A stretch of DNA of 64,000 nt, from the NCBI RefSeq assembly GCF_001447785.1, contig NW_015166430.1, positions 261,595 through 325,594 on the forward strand. Direction: 5' to 3'. The position numbers and the translations under genes are program-made. The DNA comes from Gekko japonicus. Lineage: Eukaryota. Positions within the stretch are counted from its first letter, which is position 1. The number at the start of each line of letters is the position of its first letter. Positions 25,728 through 38,234 of this stretch are shown here, piece after piece. The notes under the pieces are model-generated. The model was not told the origin of the DNA. It saw only the letters and a program-made list of their open reading frames with translations, and searched no databases.

Positions 25728-26154
25728 CAGGGGTGTCAAACATAAGGCCTGGGGGCTGGATCCGGCCCATCCAGGGCTCTTATGCGGCCCAAGAGCAACT
25801 AGTGCAAGGGAGGGGACAGGAGACTGCTCAGGGGGGAGTGGGCAGAGCCACCCTGACTGTGGCTTCAGCATGGCGGAACAACTTTGTCTGCAGAAGTCAA
25901 GCAGTGTAGGAGCATCTGCCCAGTATTGCACCGCTGGTTGTCCAGTCCACTAATGCGGGTTTTCCTTTGCACCTCCCTCCCAGCGCATGAGGGCTTGCAG
26001 TGAGAATACACCAACTCAGAGCTTACCAGCTGCTGTCCTTACAGTTTATAGCTCCGATACCTGCCATTACATTTTATGGCACACATGGTTCGGCCCAACA
26101 AAGTGACATTTATGTCAGATCCAGCCCTCGTAACAAATGAGTTCGACACCTCTG
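25728..26154. mobile_element. hAT MITE (same ends as the 1539 element, inverted) inside the KIF21B 3'UTR
   Basis: CAGGGGTGTCAAAC ... GTTCGACACCTCTG; TSD ccttacac/ctttacac. Confidence 0.85.
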
Positions 26155-28854
26155 CTTTACACCATGTGCTTGAAGACAATGATCAACTATACTTAACAAA
26201 AATACCAGGGTTACTGAGATGGCACCTAACCGCAGCTCTAGAGATGTGCACTTTTCTCACTTCCAGAGGACCAGACCTTTAAAAAGGGGTGGTGGGAAAT
26301 ACTTCAGTATGAGAAAATAGAATCTCATACTTCAAAGCACAGTAGAAGAGTCATGGAGCACATGGGGCTGTATGGCAACATGGTCAGGAGAGGGGTACCC
26401 TCCATGCCAGACTGATTTCAGTACATCAAGTATTACTTTATAGGACATTTCATAGTCTTTGTTCTACACAACTTCCCACAAGAAGGAATGTAGGTGAACT
26501 GTGTGCAGCTAGTTCAAAATCTGATCCTAAATTTTTACAAGCAATAACATAACATAAAATTCACGGGTAACTAGCTACTTTTCCCTAAATATCAGACAAG
26601 ATAGCTTGGGTGGTAACAAAAGGGGTTCAGGATTGTCAGGGGAGAAGGGATTGTGCTGTTTTCACTACCAATGACAGATGGTCCCTCTTCCAAGACTTGG
26701 TTCACCCAACCTTCTCCCCATTATACTAAGTCAAGAGAAGACGGCCAAGCATACCGCGATTCAACAAGTGTCAGCCTCAGCATTCATTGAAATGGTGCAG
26801 CTGGTTGAAAATGAACAAGTCTTGGACTTGAACATAATAAGCAGTGAAGGCAAAGCACGGAGTCCCAACAACTCTCATCCTGGCTACAGCTGGCTGTCAG
26901 AACTGCAAGCTCAAAAATCAGGGCCAGTGTGAGAATGTCTGTTCCCCAGACTAATTCAAGTTTTATTAACATAAAAAGACATTGGGCCATGAGGTAGGTT
27001 AACGCAAAACAAGCTTTTACCCTCTTCAAAGCTCCCTCTCTCTCACACACATAAACACACACGCATGCCTCCCCACCCCAAATGATGCACAAGACAATAC
27101 ACAAAAGCTTTAAAACAACCATACAGAATTACAGTACAACTTCCTACTCCGATGGAAGAATCTGCAGCTTCAATGCACTCAGGCGGGGTTTTCACAATGC
27201 ATCTGAGTAGACAGTGTTCATACCCAATGCAACCCCAGTTTATTAGAACTGAGGATGCTTCCAAGTTGGGGCAGACAGAATTGTGAAAAAATATCTGAAA
27301 CATGCAGGAAGCAGGTTAATTTGGCCTGCTTGTCTGCATTGGCTCACTGGTGAGTTGCTTTCCTCAAGTCTGCCTGCTGAACAGGTGAGCATACGTACAT
27401 AATTCAGTCCCCAACCCTTTGGTGGAAAAGCACAATGCATATTAAGACTGCATGTGCACAGTATATTAATCTGTGAGTGAGAGGAAGAAGAATTTGAAGG
27501 GTGCTTGGTACCTCTCCAGTGAGACATGGACAGGTCTATTTTGATGCACACAGATGAAAGCTTCTGTCACACAGCGACAGGGATTAAATTAATGTCCATG
27601 AGTAAACTGAGTGGGTCAAAAGATCCAGTGGAAATTCAAGTTGATCAAATCACAGAAAGACAGTTCTCTCTTGCCTCTTCCTGAGCTGATGATAATGACA
27701 CCATGTGGTACATCTGAGGGAAAGTGTCATTTTCTGTGACCACTACCAGCTCATGACTGGAAAAGGACAAAGTAAACAGATCCACATGCCAATCTCAGTT
27801 GGGTATTTACCACTGTGTTAAGGGTCTAGTGTTCCAGTTTCTTAGTTTAAGCTGGAATACAGAAAGGATGCATTCTTCCAAACTCACAAAATTCTTGATA
27901 CCGCAGGGAAAAGAAGATTGTAATAAGTTATTGTTCTGTCACCACTTTGTACAGGTGCACATTAATACAACAGAAACATTCCTTTGTATGTTATGTCAGA
28001 AGCGTCTGTGATCTTCAAAGTGGCAAAAACCAATGTCATGACTGTCTGGCAGCTGAAAATGAAAACCTTTGGTGATTCCACCTCTGGGGAGAAAGCTGAG
28101 AAATACCACATGTGCTCAACGACAAGGTGGATCTTTTTGCCGCCTCTCAAACCCACTTATCCCTCTTTAGGGGGGGTGAAAAAAGCTCTCTGTCCATCAC
28201 TGATGGGAATAAGAAAAAGAAAACCAGTACTTCATTAACACTCAGAGCCACAAATATCCTCTAAAATCATGACAATCAGCCATGCAGGAAATACATCCAG
28301 GAAGCTGCTGGCATGTTCCAGTTTCCTCTTGTAGATGTCACCAATGAGACTTAAACTACAAGCCATACATAGGAAGCTATGGCAGAAATGGGTGTGGCTT
28401 TATCAGGTGATGGAATAAGAAATTTTGCAGAACTTCTCCCACATCTCACTGCCTCGTATCTCCTAGGAGAGGTTGAGAAAGTCCTGCTTTGATGCCCAAT
28501 GAAGTCTGACTGGAGAAATGCTTTCAAACCTGAAAACTTAGCCATCTTTTTTCGGACGGCGACACTTCATCAAGCTTCATTTTGTCACTCAGTGACACTG
28601 TAAAATCCTATCAGGCAAGTATATAGGATGGGAAATGGGAGGGAAAAGAGATTCTGCAGTACCATTCAACTGCCACCCATTTGCTGGTGCGGAATATAAA
28701 AAACCAGGGTTACCCTCTGTTCCTGTGCCCCTGAGAGTGCAAGATTCCAGTGGGAAGATGATCATTGCTTCCTAGCCTTTGTAAGCCAGGCTCAACAAGG
28801 GCACCACTGCTGGTCAGCCCTGCTGTGGCTGCCATGCCTAGTCTTCCACCAGTT

Positions 28855-28909
28855 CTAGATTGTGCTGTTCAGTAGCTTCCTCACACTCCAGAGCTTCACA
28901 GTCCAGTCA
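28855..28909 (-). CDS. KIF21B: KIF21B alternative terminal exon B (SDWTVKLWSVRKLLNSTI*)
   Basis: ttccccag|t acceptor in the same phase as exon A, TAG at 28855-28857; resembles recalled human isoform end DLTVKFWSVRR. Confidence 0.85.
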
Positions 28910-29545
28910 CTGGGGAATAAAGACAGAAGGGTGAGAATGTGAAGCATGCAAAGTGGGAAGCAAAACATTGTACAGGTTGGGGAAAAGGAAGTCAGAGCAG
29001 TAGTAACAGAGCAATGGACTAAACCTGCTCCCATCTCTACTGTCCTGGAATGCCCAATGGCATCATCAAGGTATTGGTGCTCCCCTCAAACCAGCTCCCT
29101 TATGGATAGTGATACAGAAAGAATTCCACATGCTGGTAAACGGGATGCCTGTGGCTCTGTCTCATGTAGCCTGGATCCCCACCAACCCTTACATCCCAAT
29201 TCTAAACAGATTTCTTTTTTTTTTTTGGAAACAAGTTGCTCTGATTTCAAGGGACACAGGTTCCAAGCTAAGCGTTCAGCCTTACTAATTAAACCAAACT
29301 GGCAAGTCAGGAAGATAAAAGAGCTGGGTTTTCACAAGCCACTTTAGAAGTGGGCTGGGGAGTGATGTCTCCCTTGGAAAAGGGCACCCTAAAGGGAAAG
29401 AAAAGCAAGTAAGCATTGCATACCGTTAAGAAGCAGCTGAGATCAGCTTGTAGAGGGGAGGGGTGCAGGGAGGAGAAAAAGAAGGGGGGAGGGAGAACAC
29501 AGCGAGAAAGAGTGAGCAGGAGGGGCAGAGAAGACAGGAGGAGGG

Positions 29546-29645
29546 TCAAGGCAGACTGGTAGCACGGCCCTTGATGGCAAGGACGCGTCGTGGAAGGCAG
29601 GGGGTGAGCCCAGGCACGTAATTCCATAACTTTACCCGGCAGTCA
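29546..29645 (-). CDS. KIF21B: KIF21B terminal exon A ([33 protein letters not shown])
   Basis: cacag|t acceptor, TGA at 29546-29548; matches recalled human C-terminus. Confidence 0.95.
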
Positions 29646-30370
29646 CTGTGGCAGATAGAGACAGAGAGAGAGGAAGGCAGAAAAGGAAAAAAGAAACACA
29701 GTCGGAAAAGAGGAGCTAAGAGACTCCGTAAGAGAGGGAAAGTGAGCGATGTGGTCTAGGCTGCCCTGCCAGGGACAGTCTCTTTTGCCAGGCCTTCGCT
29801 ACTTGTGAGCATTCCATTCCTAGCTCTGCCAGAACCTCCATGTGATCATGGCAGATGATCAAACACGGCTCTGTCTCCACTCTCAAATTACTAGAATGGG
29901 CCACTTTTCCTCTCGGGGAGGCACCCTCGGGTACTCCCCACTCAGTCATATTCAGTGCCTTGCTATAGAAAAGAACCTTCTGTAGGGCTGGTTCCAGCAA
30001 TCTCCCTTCACTGCACAAGCAAGGAAGGGAAGTGAAAAGTGCAGGGTATCACTGGAGACAGAGAAGGAGCCCCTAAAATAACAAACCACCACAAAATAAT
30101 GTTGGTGGGTCTGAAGGAGGCAAAGCCAATTGCTGTGGCACATCCTGCAGTTCTGAGACAGACACATCTGTACTGGGCGAAGGGCTCAAGGAGCACCGCA
30201 GTAACAGAAGCAATGCCTTTCTATGGCTCTTCCCTCAAGCAAGGCCTGCTGGCAGCCCAAGGACACTTTGTTACCTTGAGTAAACTCCCTGGGATAGGAT
30301 GGGGATGGAGTGGGCAAAGAGCGGAAGCTCTTCTTGTGGGGCAAAGAGGACTCCAGCCCCACACACTCAC

Positions 30371-30570
30371 CTGGATGCTGTGAATATGTGCTTTGAATTG
30401 GTGCAGATGGCATTGATGGGACTGTCATGCCCCTTAATGTCCCCAACAGGAGTGAAGTTGTCGACATTCCAGACCTTCACCGTCCCACCACGGCAGGCAC
30501 TCAGCAACATGGGCCGGCTGGGCACAAAGGCCAAAGCACAAACCCAGTCTTTGTGCGCATTGGGGATTTG
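30371..30570 (-). CDS. KIF21B: KIF21B WD40 exon ([15 protein letters not shown]...HIFTAS)
   Basis: tctag|caa acceptor, ag|gtgagt donor. Confidence 0.96.
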
Positions 30571-31396
30571 CTAGAAGTGGGACGAAATTATCTGAATTAG
30601 CAAAGGCCTGTTGTCAAACAAAACATTCCCTTTACAAAAGCCTCTGAGGGAGCGGGTTAGGTTAAAACAAACATAAGACAGAAGACTGGAAACCAAACAA
30701 GAGACGAACATCTATAGACTGATACTCATTGTAGGATCTGTGCCCTGGCATTTGGAAGGACTGTGGTACAACAGGCGTGTGAATGAACTCTGGTTTTAAA
30801 AATTAAACTCAGAAATAGTCTACAAAATGGCACAGATGATGCTGGGCCTACCTGTGGCAATTACCAGTGATGTCACTGGCACTGTTAATAAAAACAGCAC
30901 ACCCACATTCCCCACAGCACCTATGACGATGACTTTGACTTGCAAATGTTGGGGGAGGCAGAACAGCTTTTCCCAGGAACAGAATGTTGTGTTTTCTGTG
31001 TTTGGAAAACTGCTCTCTATCCTAATAGCCATTACACTAATTTGACTAAGGGACTTGTTGAGATCAGTATACTAGTCCATACCAAATGCCTGCAGGTAAC
31101 CCAAGTGCTACAGATAGATCTGGAATGTCTGTGCAGTGCAACTGTACGCAGAACACCACACTTTATCATTGACTCCCTCTTGACTGTCTGAAACAATTTT
31201 TGGAGAAGTCATTCAGGGATGCCAGCAAGTGATTCTCTGGTCCCTGCTCCACAGATGGAATTTAGGCAGCATCTGCATGTCAGCATCTTCACGGCATAAG
31301 ATGCTACATGAAATCTCTCTCTCTCTCTCTCAGCCTTCCCCCTTCTCCCCATTCACCTACCCTAGACCTCATTCAGTCACTCCTCACCCTCCATAC

Positions 31397-31567
31397 CTGG
31401 ATGAGCTCCTGCTGCTCCAGGTCCCATTTCTTGATCCCGTTGTCCCTGGAGCCACTGAAGAGAACATCTCCCTGAATAGCTAGGCATTCAATGCCATCAT
31501 AATGTGGGGGTTCAAAGTTGTGGGTGGGGCCAACATTCCCACCAACACCTTCTGCGATTTCAAACAT
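31397..31567 (-). CDS. KIF21B: KIF21B WD40 exon (MFEIAEG...[11 protein letters not shown]...[10 protein letters not shown])
   Basis: tgcag|atg acceptor, cag|gtatgg donor, 171 bp. Confidence 0.96.
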
Positions 31568-32708
31568 CTGCAAGAAAAGAGATCTCAGAGAAGCTGCCAA
31601 TCAGAACGCACTCTCCAGTCTCACACTATCTCTATCAAAACCTACTCTCCAGCCTCAGGCTCAGTGCCCAACCCCTGCCAAAGAAGGAGGGATAGTGAAA
31701 CTGCAACAGAGCCCTACAGGCAACCCTTCCCCTCCTAAGCACTCTCCCCCCCTCCCCATCAAGAAAGGAAGGTATGTTACCAGGAAGAAAAATATCTAGA
31801 GACAGAAATATGGATTAGCAGCAGGAACTGGGCTTCTGGCCACTTGCATCATGATAGGGCTAGTTCCAGGATATTTTATAGGAAGGGGTGTGGGAAAATG
31901 GAACCCAAGTCACTATCAGACTTGGGTTCGCCTCCTCCTTTATCTTCTGTACCTGTAGTCTTAGCAACTTGTTTTTTGTACCCCACACTCCCCTTTCTCC
32001 CTTCCCACTTTTTCCCTTGGCTAGAGCAAATGCACCCAGGCATCCGCTTATCGCTCACCCTCGCTGACATTCCTGGTGGGAAAGGGAGAGGGAGAGAGAC
32101 TGTGTGAATGTCTGTAGTGTAGGGAGGCAACGCTTGTAACCTTTTTTCCCAAGCAGCACCTCACGGAACTTTCGCATGAGAGTGCCCTTGAAGAAGATAA
32201 GACTGTTGAATGGCTAGATGAACCATTGTATCTGTCTGAGTTCATAGATTTGCTTAGACTTATGATTGCGTGACATATGCATGGAATGTGGTTTTTAGTT
32301 ATACACTGGGTTCCCACCTCTGTTCCTCAGTTCTGACAAAGAGTTCACTTTTCCAGCATCTCAAATCACTTTAATAAACTTCCTCTCAAGAAAGCCTGTG
32401 TGGAGAGCGACGTGACTGGGAACATGACAGTCAGCAGCCCTCTTCAGCTATAAATGCTGGTGATACTGTTATAGTTATTGCATAGTTCCCTCTTTGTTTT
32501 CCAATCCATTCCCAATGAGCCGTCAGTTATCTATCAATAAATGATAGCTGTGTGGTACTTAGCATGGTCTAAACAGCATGATGAATTTGCCCTATACCAC
32601 CTGCCTTTTAAGACAGCTCTGTTCCTCTCTTGTTAAAGAAGCAGAATGGAGAAAGGATGGATTTCAGCTTCAAGGACCAAAACAAATCGCCAGTTCTACT
32701 TCATCAGT

Positions 32709-33058
32709 AAAGTAAAGGTAAAGGTCCCCTTGCTTGAAAGCCAGTCGAATCCGACTCTAGGGTTGCGGTGCTCATCTCCGTTTCAAAGCCGAAGAGCCAG
32801 CGCTGTCCGAAGACGTTTCCATGGTCATGTGGCCGGCATGACTAAACACCAAGGCGCACGGAACACTGTTGCCTTCCCACTGAAGTGGTACCTATTTATC
32901 TACTTGCAATTTCTTGCTTTCGAACTGCTAGGTTGGCAGGAGCTGGAACTAGAGATGGGAGTTCACTCCGTCATGCGGCACACTCGGGTCTCAAACTACT
33001 GAACTACTGACCTTCCACAGCCTGCAGTTCGGCGTCTTAACCACTTGAGCCACCGCAT
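32709..33058 (-). mobile_element. Sauria SINE (Squam1; BovB/RTE partner)
   Basis: (ACCTTT)n tail seen as aaaggtaaaggt; conserved body gtcatgtggccggcatgact...gtacctatttatctacttgc. Confidence 0.88.
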
Positions 33059-33722
33059 CAGTACCAGACTATTAATATGCTAGGCAGAGGGAGGGCCTTT
33101 TCTGTCGGTGGCACCTCCTCTTTGGTATTCCACCACTGTTGCTCACCTGGCACTTAGATTTTCTAGATGAAATCTCTGTTCAGGCATTTTGTTGATTTTT
33201 TAAAATAATTTTTGTTGCTTCTTAGCTAGCTTTCAATTAGAGATTTTGACACTGTAAACAATGGATTTTAGTGTTTGACTGCCGAACTTTCTTGTACTGT
33301 GCAAGCTCCCTTTGTCTAAGAATAATTGCGGGAGTTTTTAGAATCAGCAAACAATATGTAAATTAATGTACATTAATAAAATGAAAGAAATACCTAACAT
33401 ATGACACCAGAATAACTGAGACACTGATTAGACCCATGAAGATTGGATCCAGGGCTCTCTGTTGGGACAGAAGGTCTTTTCTGCAGCTTGACTGAAACAC
33501 CCAGTCAGCAGTAGACGTTTCTATTGGAACACAGACTGTGAATGTAAAGGTACTGGTGTTTTTAAAATACTGCAGAAACACTATTCTGATAGCATACCAC
33601 TGATATCAGACCAAAAAGCTTATTGCCCTAGAGAGGACAGGAGATGGGATGGCGAAGAAAACCACATAATGCAATGCTCTTACAAACGCTGCCCATGGAG
33701 CCCTTGGCAAACTGCCTAATAC

Positions 33723-33840
33723 CTTGACATAGTGGTCTTTGGATCCCGTGATGATCAGATCATGGTTGTTTGCAGTCTGGTTCACTGTGAGGCACATCAC
33801 AGGCCCAATGTGGCCTGTCAGTTTCCCAATGGGCTGCAGT
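33723..33840 (-). CDS. KIF21B: KIF21B WD40 exon ([18 protein letters not shown]...TGSKDHYVK)
   Basis: gccag|a acceptor, aag|gtatta donor. Confidence 0.96.
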
Positions 33841-34079
33841 CTGGCCAAAAAAGGAAAAGATATGAGAAGACCAAATGTTGACAATGTACCCCCCTTCCTT
33901 CCTTCTCTCCAACACAGCCAGCCCCAGAAACAAAGGGCCCTACAGATATAATTGCTAAGCTAGAAGCCCCACCTAAATAGTTTGGCTATTTAAGAAGTTT
34001 TGGCACAGCCACAGCCTTTTGCCATTCTGTTCTAAAGATTCTCTGCCAGTTTGTTTCCAGGAAAAATTCAAAGTCCTAG

Positions 34080-34560
34080 TTCTCACCTTTAAAGCCCTAA
34101 ACGGCTTGCAGCAAGGGTACTTGAAGAACCCCCTGCTCCCATATTGTCCAGCCTGCCAATTAAGACCTGCCTAATAAGCCCTGCTCTCTGTGCCTTCAGA
34201 AGCGATGTGGGTGGCAACCAGAGACATGGCTTTTTCAGCAGTGGCACCTCGCTTGTTCTGCTTCAGGCTCACTGGGCACCTACATTGCTTTCTATTAGGT
34301 GCCAGGTCAAATGTTTCAGATAACTCAGGATTTTAATGAAGGGGTTGATTTATTAACACTGTTTTGGCCTGGAAACTGTGGTCTAAACTATCTGTAGTCT
34401 ATTTTTACTATCTATGTTTTTATGCTGGGCTGGAGCTTTTTTGTGTGCTGGATTTTACTTAATGTTTTAATTTAATGTTTTGTTCTTATTGTTTTTATTT
34501 GGGAAGATGCCTCAGGCAGGTTCTGGGAGAGGCAGCATAAAACTATTCTAAATAAATAAA
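34080..34560 (+). mobile_element. L2-clade LINE 3' fragment
   Basis: acctttaaagccctaaacggctt...ttttcagcagtggcacct...(AAAT)n tail. Confidence 0.65.
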
Positions 34561-34727
34561 CAAATTGAACATAGGTTGGGGCTATGGGCAGGCCATATGT
34601 CTCCTTCTAATAAAACACCCAGGCAGGAAGAATACTGCTGCTGCTCTGTCATTCCTGATCTGCATTGCCTTCCATAAGATGTTTCTGGATTCCACCAATA
34701 AATCTAGCTTTGGGTTTGCCCTCTGAC

Positions 34728-34892
34728 CTGTTCAGCTCCCAGATGCGGACGGAGTTGCCGGTGGCTGCATAAAGCACGGTCCCTGTAGGGTTGAGTGCAA
34801 TCTGGTTGATCTGGTGCTCGCCTTGTACACTGGTGATAGTGCGGGTAGTGGTGCCAGCACAGGCATCCCCAGAAATCACTTGGCCCGATGAG
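34728..34892 (-). CDS. KIF21B: KIF21B WD40 exon ([12 protein letters not shown]...[10 protein letters not shown])
   Basis: cttag|c acceptor, ag|gtcaga donor. Confidence 0.95.
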
Positions 34893-35465
34893 CTAAGCAC
34901 AGAGAAAGAGAGACTGAAATAGAAAGACAGGACCTCACAGTAGCTTCAACGGAGTCATCTAGATGGGAAAAGGAAGAAACTGTGCATGGGCAGAGACAGT
35001 CCAGTGGGATCACAAGGAGAAGTTCAAACCCCTTCCTTCTAGCTTGCGGGCAATTCTAACAGACTGAAATAAAAATCTATGAGGATGTTAAGAGGCAGTG
35101 AATGGATGTGGTCAGGTGGGGATTTGGAAATGTGGCTGTCTGGCTGGTGTATAGGAAAAGGGACTGCACACTGTGGGACAGCCAAGTACTCATCTAAGAA
35201 TGCAGGCAAAGTTCAGCTGCACCAGACGAGGAGTCAGTGCAGGCATAATGCTACCCAAAGGCTAGCCACAGTTTAACTACTGGGGATAGATAATAAGGTT
35301 ACACACTGAATTCTCCATGCCTAACTTAACCATGGTTTGGCGTAATATATAATTGTTGCTAGTGATAATTAAGGGTGCTTGAAACTCCTGTTCAGAAACT
35401 CAACAAGGCCAATCAGAACTTACAGAAACTCTCAAGTGCAACATGGGGAGCTTCCGACTACTTAC

Positions 35466-35646
35466 GTGAGGGTTCGAATGCACTTTGCAGAGTCCCGGAT
35501 GTCCCACACTTTGATGTAAGAGGTAGAGACTGTGAATACCAGGCCAGAGAGGCTGCAGTACTTTATGGAGACTACATTATTTGGATGTCCTTTCAAAGAG
35601 GCAATTTCCTGACCAGTCACTAAGTTCCACATTTTGCAGCTCCGAT
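35466..35646 (-). CDS. KIF21B: KIF21B WD40 exon ([31 protein letters not shown]...KCIRTL)
   Basis: ttaag|at acceptor, ac|gtaagt donor. Confidence 0.96.
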
Positions 35647-36030
35647 CTTAACAAAATAAGAGAATACTTAAATTATGCCAGTGTTGATCCTATTCCCAAC
35701 AGAGAGTCAGAAACAACCTCCTTATAGTAAGGCAACAAGATATCTCAGCAGGTATGCTAAGATTGCCCGTTTGTCAGACATGTCTGTAAAATGTGAACAC
35801 ACAGAAATTAAGATGGGAAACAACAATTTTTAATTCAATCATTAGTCCCTATAAAAGTAACTATTAAATTTGAACATTCTAACAAATGCATATTTTCTTT
35901 TTCCCCATACATATATGTGGCGTTAACAGATGTACATTACTGGTTGCCATCAGTACCTTTACCATACCTGTCTTCTTATGGTATATGAATGACAGCCTCC
36001 TCATAATAGAACATATCTTTGCTATATATC

Positions 36031-36549
36031 GGCCCCGGTCACACGGAGAATTTGCCGCGCAAAAGGCACGAATGTCAGGCAGATTTTTGGGGCACGATCA
36101 CACTGCACCATCTGGGAAGCGTAGCGCACCTGTGGCCAACCCATGGCCTCCCGCCGAAGATGCGGAGTTAAAAAGTACCAAGGAAAGTGCACTAGTATCC
36201 GGAAAACGTGTGGCACAGGCGGGCGTCTGATCACGGGAGCATTAGTATCCCGTGGTATCCGGCACCTGTCCACATCTCATCGCAAACCAGATGTTTTTCG
36301 TAAGCGCATGCGCACAAACACGAAACTGAAAGCAGTGCTGCTCCGTAGAACTGCGCATGCGCACAAACGCAAAACGCTTGTGTGATCGCGCCGCACCACT
36401 TCTTGCCCCGCTGCAGCATCGCCGTGTGATTGCCAGCAAACAGCCTAAGCACTCAGGGGACCATGTGATCGAGCTACCGCGCTTTATTTTGCTCCGGGGT
36501 GAGCAGCCATGCCTCCCCCCTGTGTTATCTGGCCCGTGTGACCGGGGCC
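36031..36549. mobile_element. CpG-rich MITE, subfamily A (long form)
   Basis: Perfect 15-bp TIR ggccccggtcacacg/cgtgtgaccggggcc; TSD atc/gtc. Confidence 0.85.
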
Positions 36550-36898
36550 GTCTAATGGCATCATGTATGGCTACAATAGGAAGGCCACTCAAAACTGCCA
36601 CCACGTATTCCATATAGTGAACGAATGCATGAGGCTAAGCACACGGAGTAGCCCCCATGCAGTTTGCTTATACAGGCCCACAAACTGCCACAAGGAATAT
36701 TTGGCAATAGAGAGAAATAACATGGTGGATTGTGCTGGCACTTAATGATTGTGCTAGCACTTAAAAAGGTACAAAGTTCTGTACAAAAATTATCACAAAC
36801 AAATTCTTACTTAGACTCACATTCTAAAAACTGCAGCACACAGTCTCACCACATGAAGTCACCTCACACAGAAGCGGTTTCATGTGCTCTGTGCACAG

Positions 36899-36960
36899 CA
36901 GTCTTAATCTGACGAAGCAGCCCCAAGAGCTGAAAACATTAGCATGTTCAGTGTAAACTG
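36899..36960 (+). ncRNA. Candidate type I hammerhead ribozyme motif
   Basis: CUGACGA (36909-36915), stem II AGC/GCU, GAAA (36932-36935), stem III AACAU/AUGUU with UAGC loop, UUC cleavage triplet; stem I imperfect. Confidence 0.45.
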
Positions 36961-37472
36961 ATACAACATTTTCATACAAAAAAAAGAAATACAAAACTGG
37001 GCATAAGGATCTCTTCTAAAAGCAGCCCTAAAAGCTGATTTTCAGGAAAAAATTAATGCTTCTTTTGTTGACACATGTATACAAAATCTATATCATGGCA
37101 CATAACTACATCTGACTGAGCCTAAGTAAGGCTTTGCTCACTTAGCAGCCAGACCCATGTGTGGTGTGTCAGCAGAGCCCTCTGCCAGGCAGAACCAGAG
37201 CAGAAGGACAACCTTCTACCTAGTGTGGCATGCATCTTATTGCTCTTTTAAAAAAAAGAAAAGAAAAGCAACCACTGCAATTCATGGTAGAAAACTAGCT
37301 GGTAGGAAACATGCTTTCTTTTTTCCTCTGAGCTATTTTCTGCTCAGAATCACCTTCATAAACGATTTTTCACTCAAGGAAAAAAAAGGGTACAGGGACT
37401 GCTTTCTTTACACCTGAGTCGAGAAAAGTTGCCTGAGAGAAGGTGATTTTAAATGGGAAACTGGGACAAGGG

Positions 37473-37781
37473 CAGAGATCGATTTGGGGGGGATCGCGGG
37501 GGATCGCAGTTCCCCCGGGTGAGGTGGGGGGCGGGGGAACACGATGAAGCCCCGCCCCCTGCTTCCGGCTGCCCCGCTTCCGGCCCTCATTCAGCCAGGA
37601 GGAGGCAGGAGAAGAGGGAGGGTAAGTTGCTTCCTCCCCGCCTCTCCCCACCCCTGCCTGCCTGGGGCCAGGGAGGGCCTTGCAGGTCCACCGCTGGGCC
37701 CCTGATGTCAGGGGGTGTGGCACATGCTAATGAGTTATGCTAATGAGTTCCCCTAGCTCTTTTTCTACGAAACGACCCCTG
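37473..37781. mobile_element. hAT MITE with subterminal ATGCTAATGAG repeats
   Basis: Ends cagagatcgattt / aaacgacccctg; perfect 8-bp TSD gacaaggg. Confidence 0.8.
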
Positions 37782-38234
37782 GACAAGGGGAAATGATTAA
37801 GCAGTCTCCATTTCCTCCTTGAGACCTTCCATTCAAAACTAGTCTCCCATGGCTTCTTTTCATGTCACTGCCTGTCATGTATAGTGTGACCCTGATGTGC
37901 CAGACTGTCTTACTGGCCTTTGTAAAATTTAGGACTACAGCTTACACATGGAGCCTGCCAAAAAGCTCTTACCCATGGCAAACCACCACGCAGAGGGCAC
38001 AATATTTACATTCCTCTTACCTCAAAGTGCCCACTCAAGTGCATATAGCCAATGGTGTGAAGGAACTTTATGAATATTGGGGCTGATGTGTGGCATTAAG
38101 CTGCTTTTAAATCTGATGTCCATCATATGAGTGCCACCACAAGGAAATGCTTTTCAGCATTTCAATATTTGGGCTACAATATTTAAATCAACCCTAGGCC
38201 ATCAGGAGCAATGTGTGCCCTTTCTCAAACATAC

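Noticed and set aside
28530-28585. Hammerhead-like UGAUGA...CGAAA on the - strand in the KIF21B 3'UTR
   Set aside because: C3 is missing (UUGAUGA) and stem II cannot pair.
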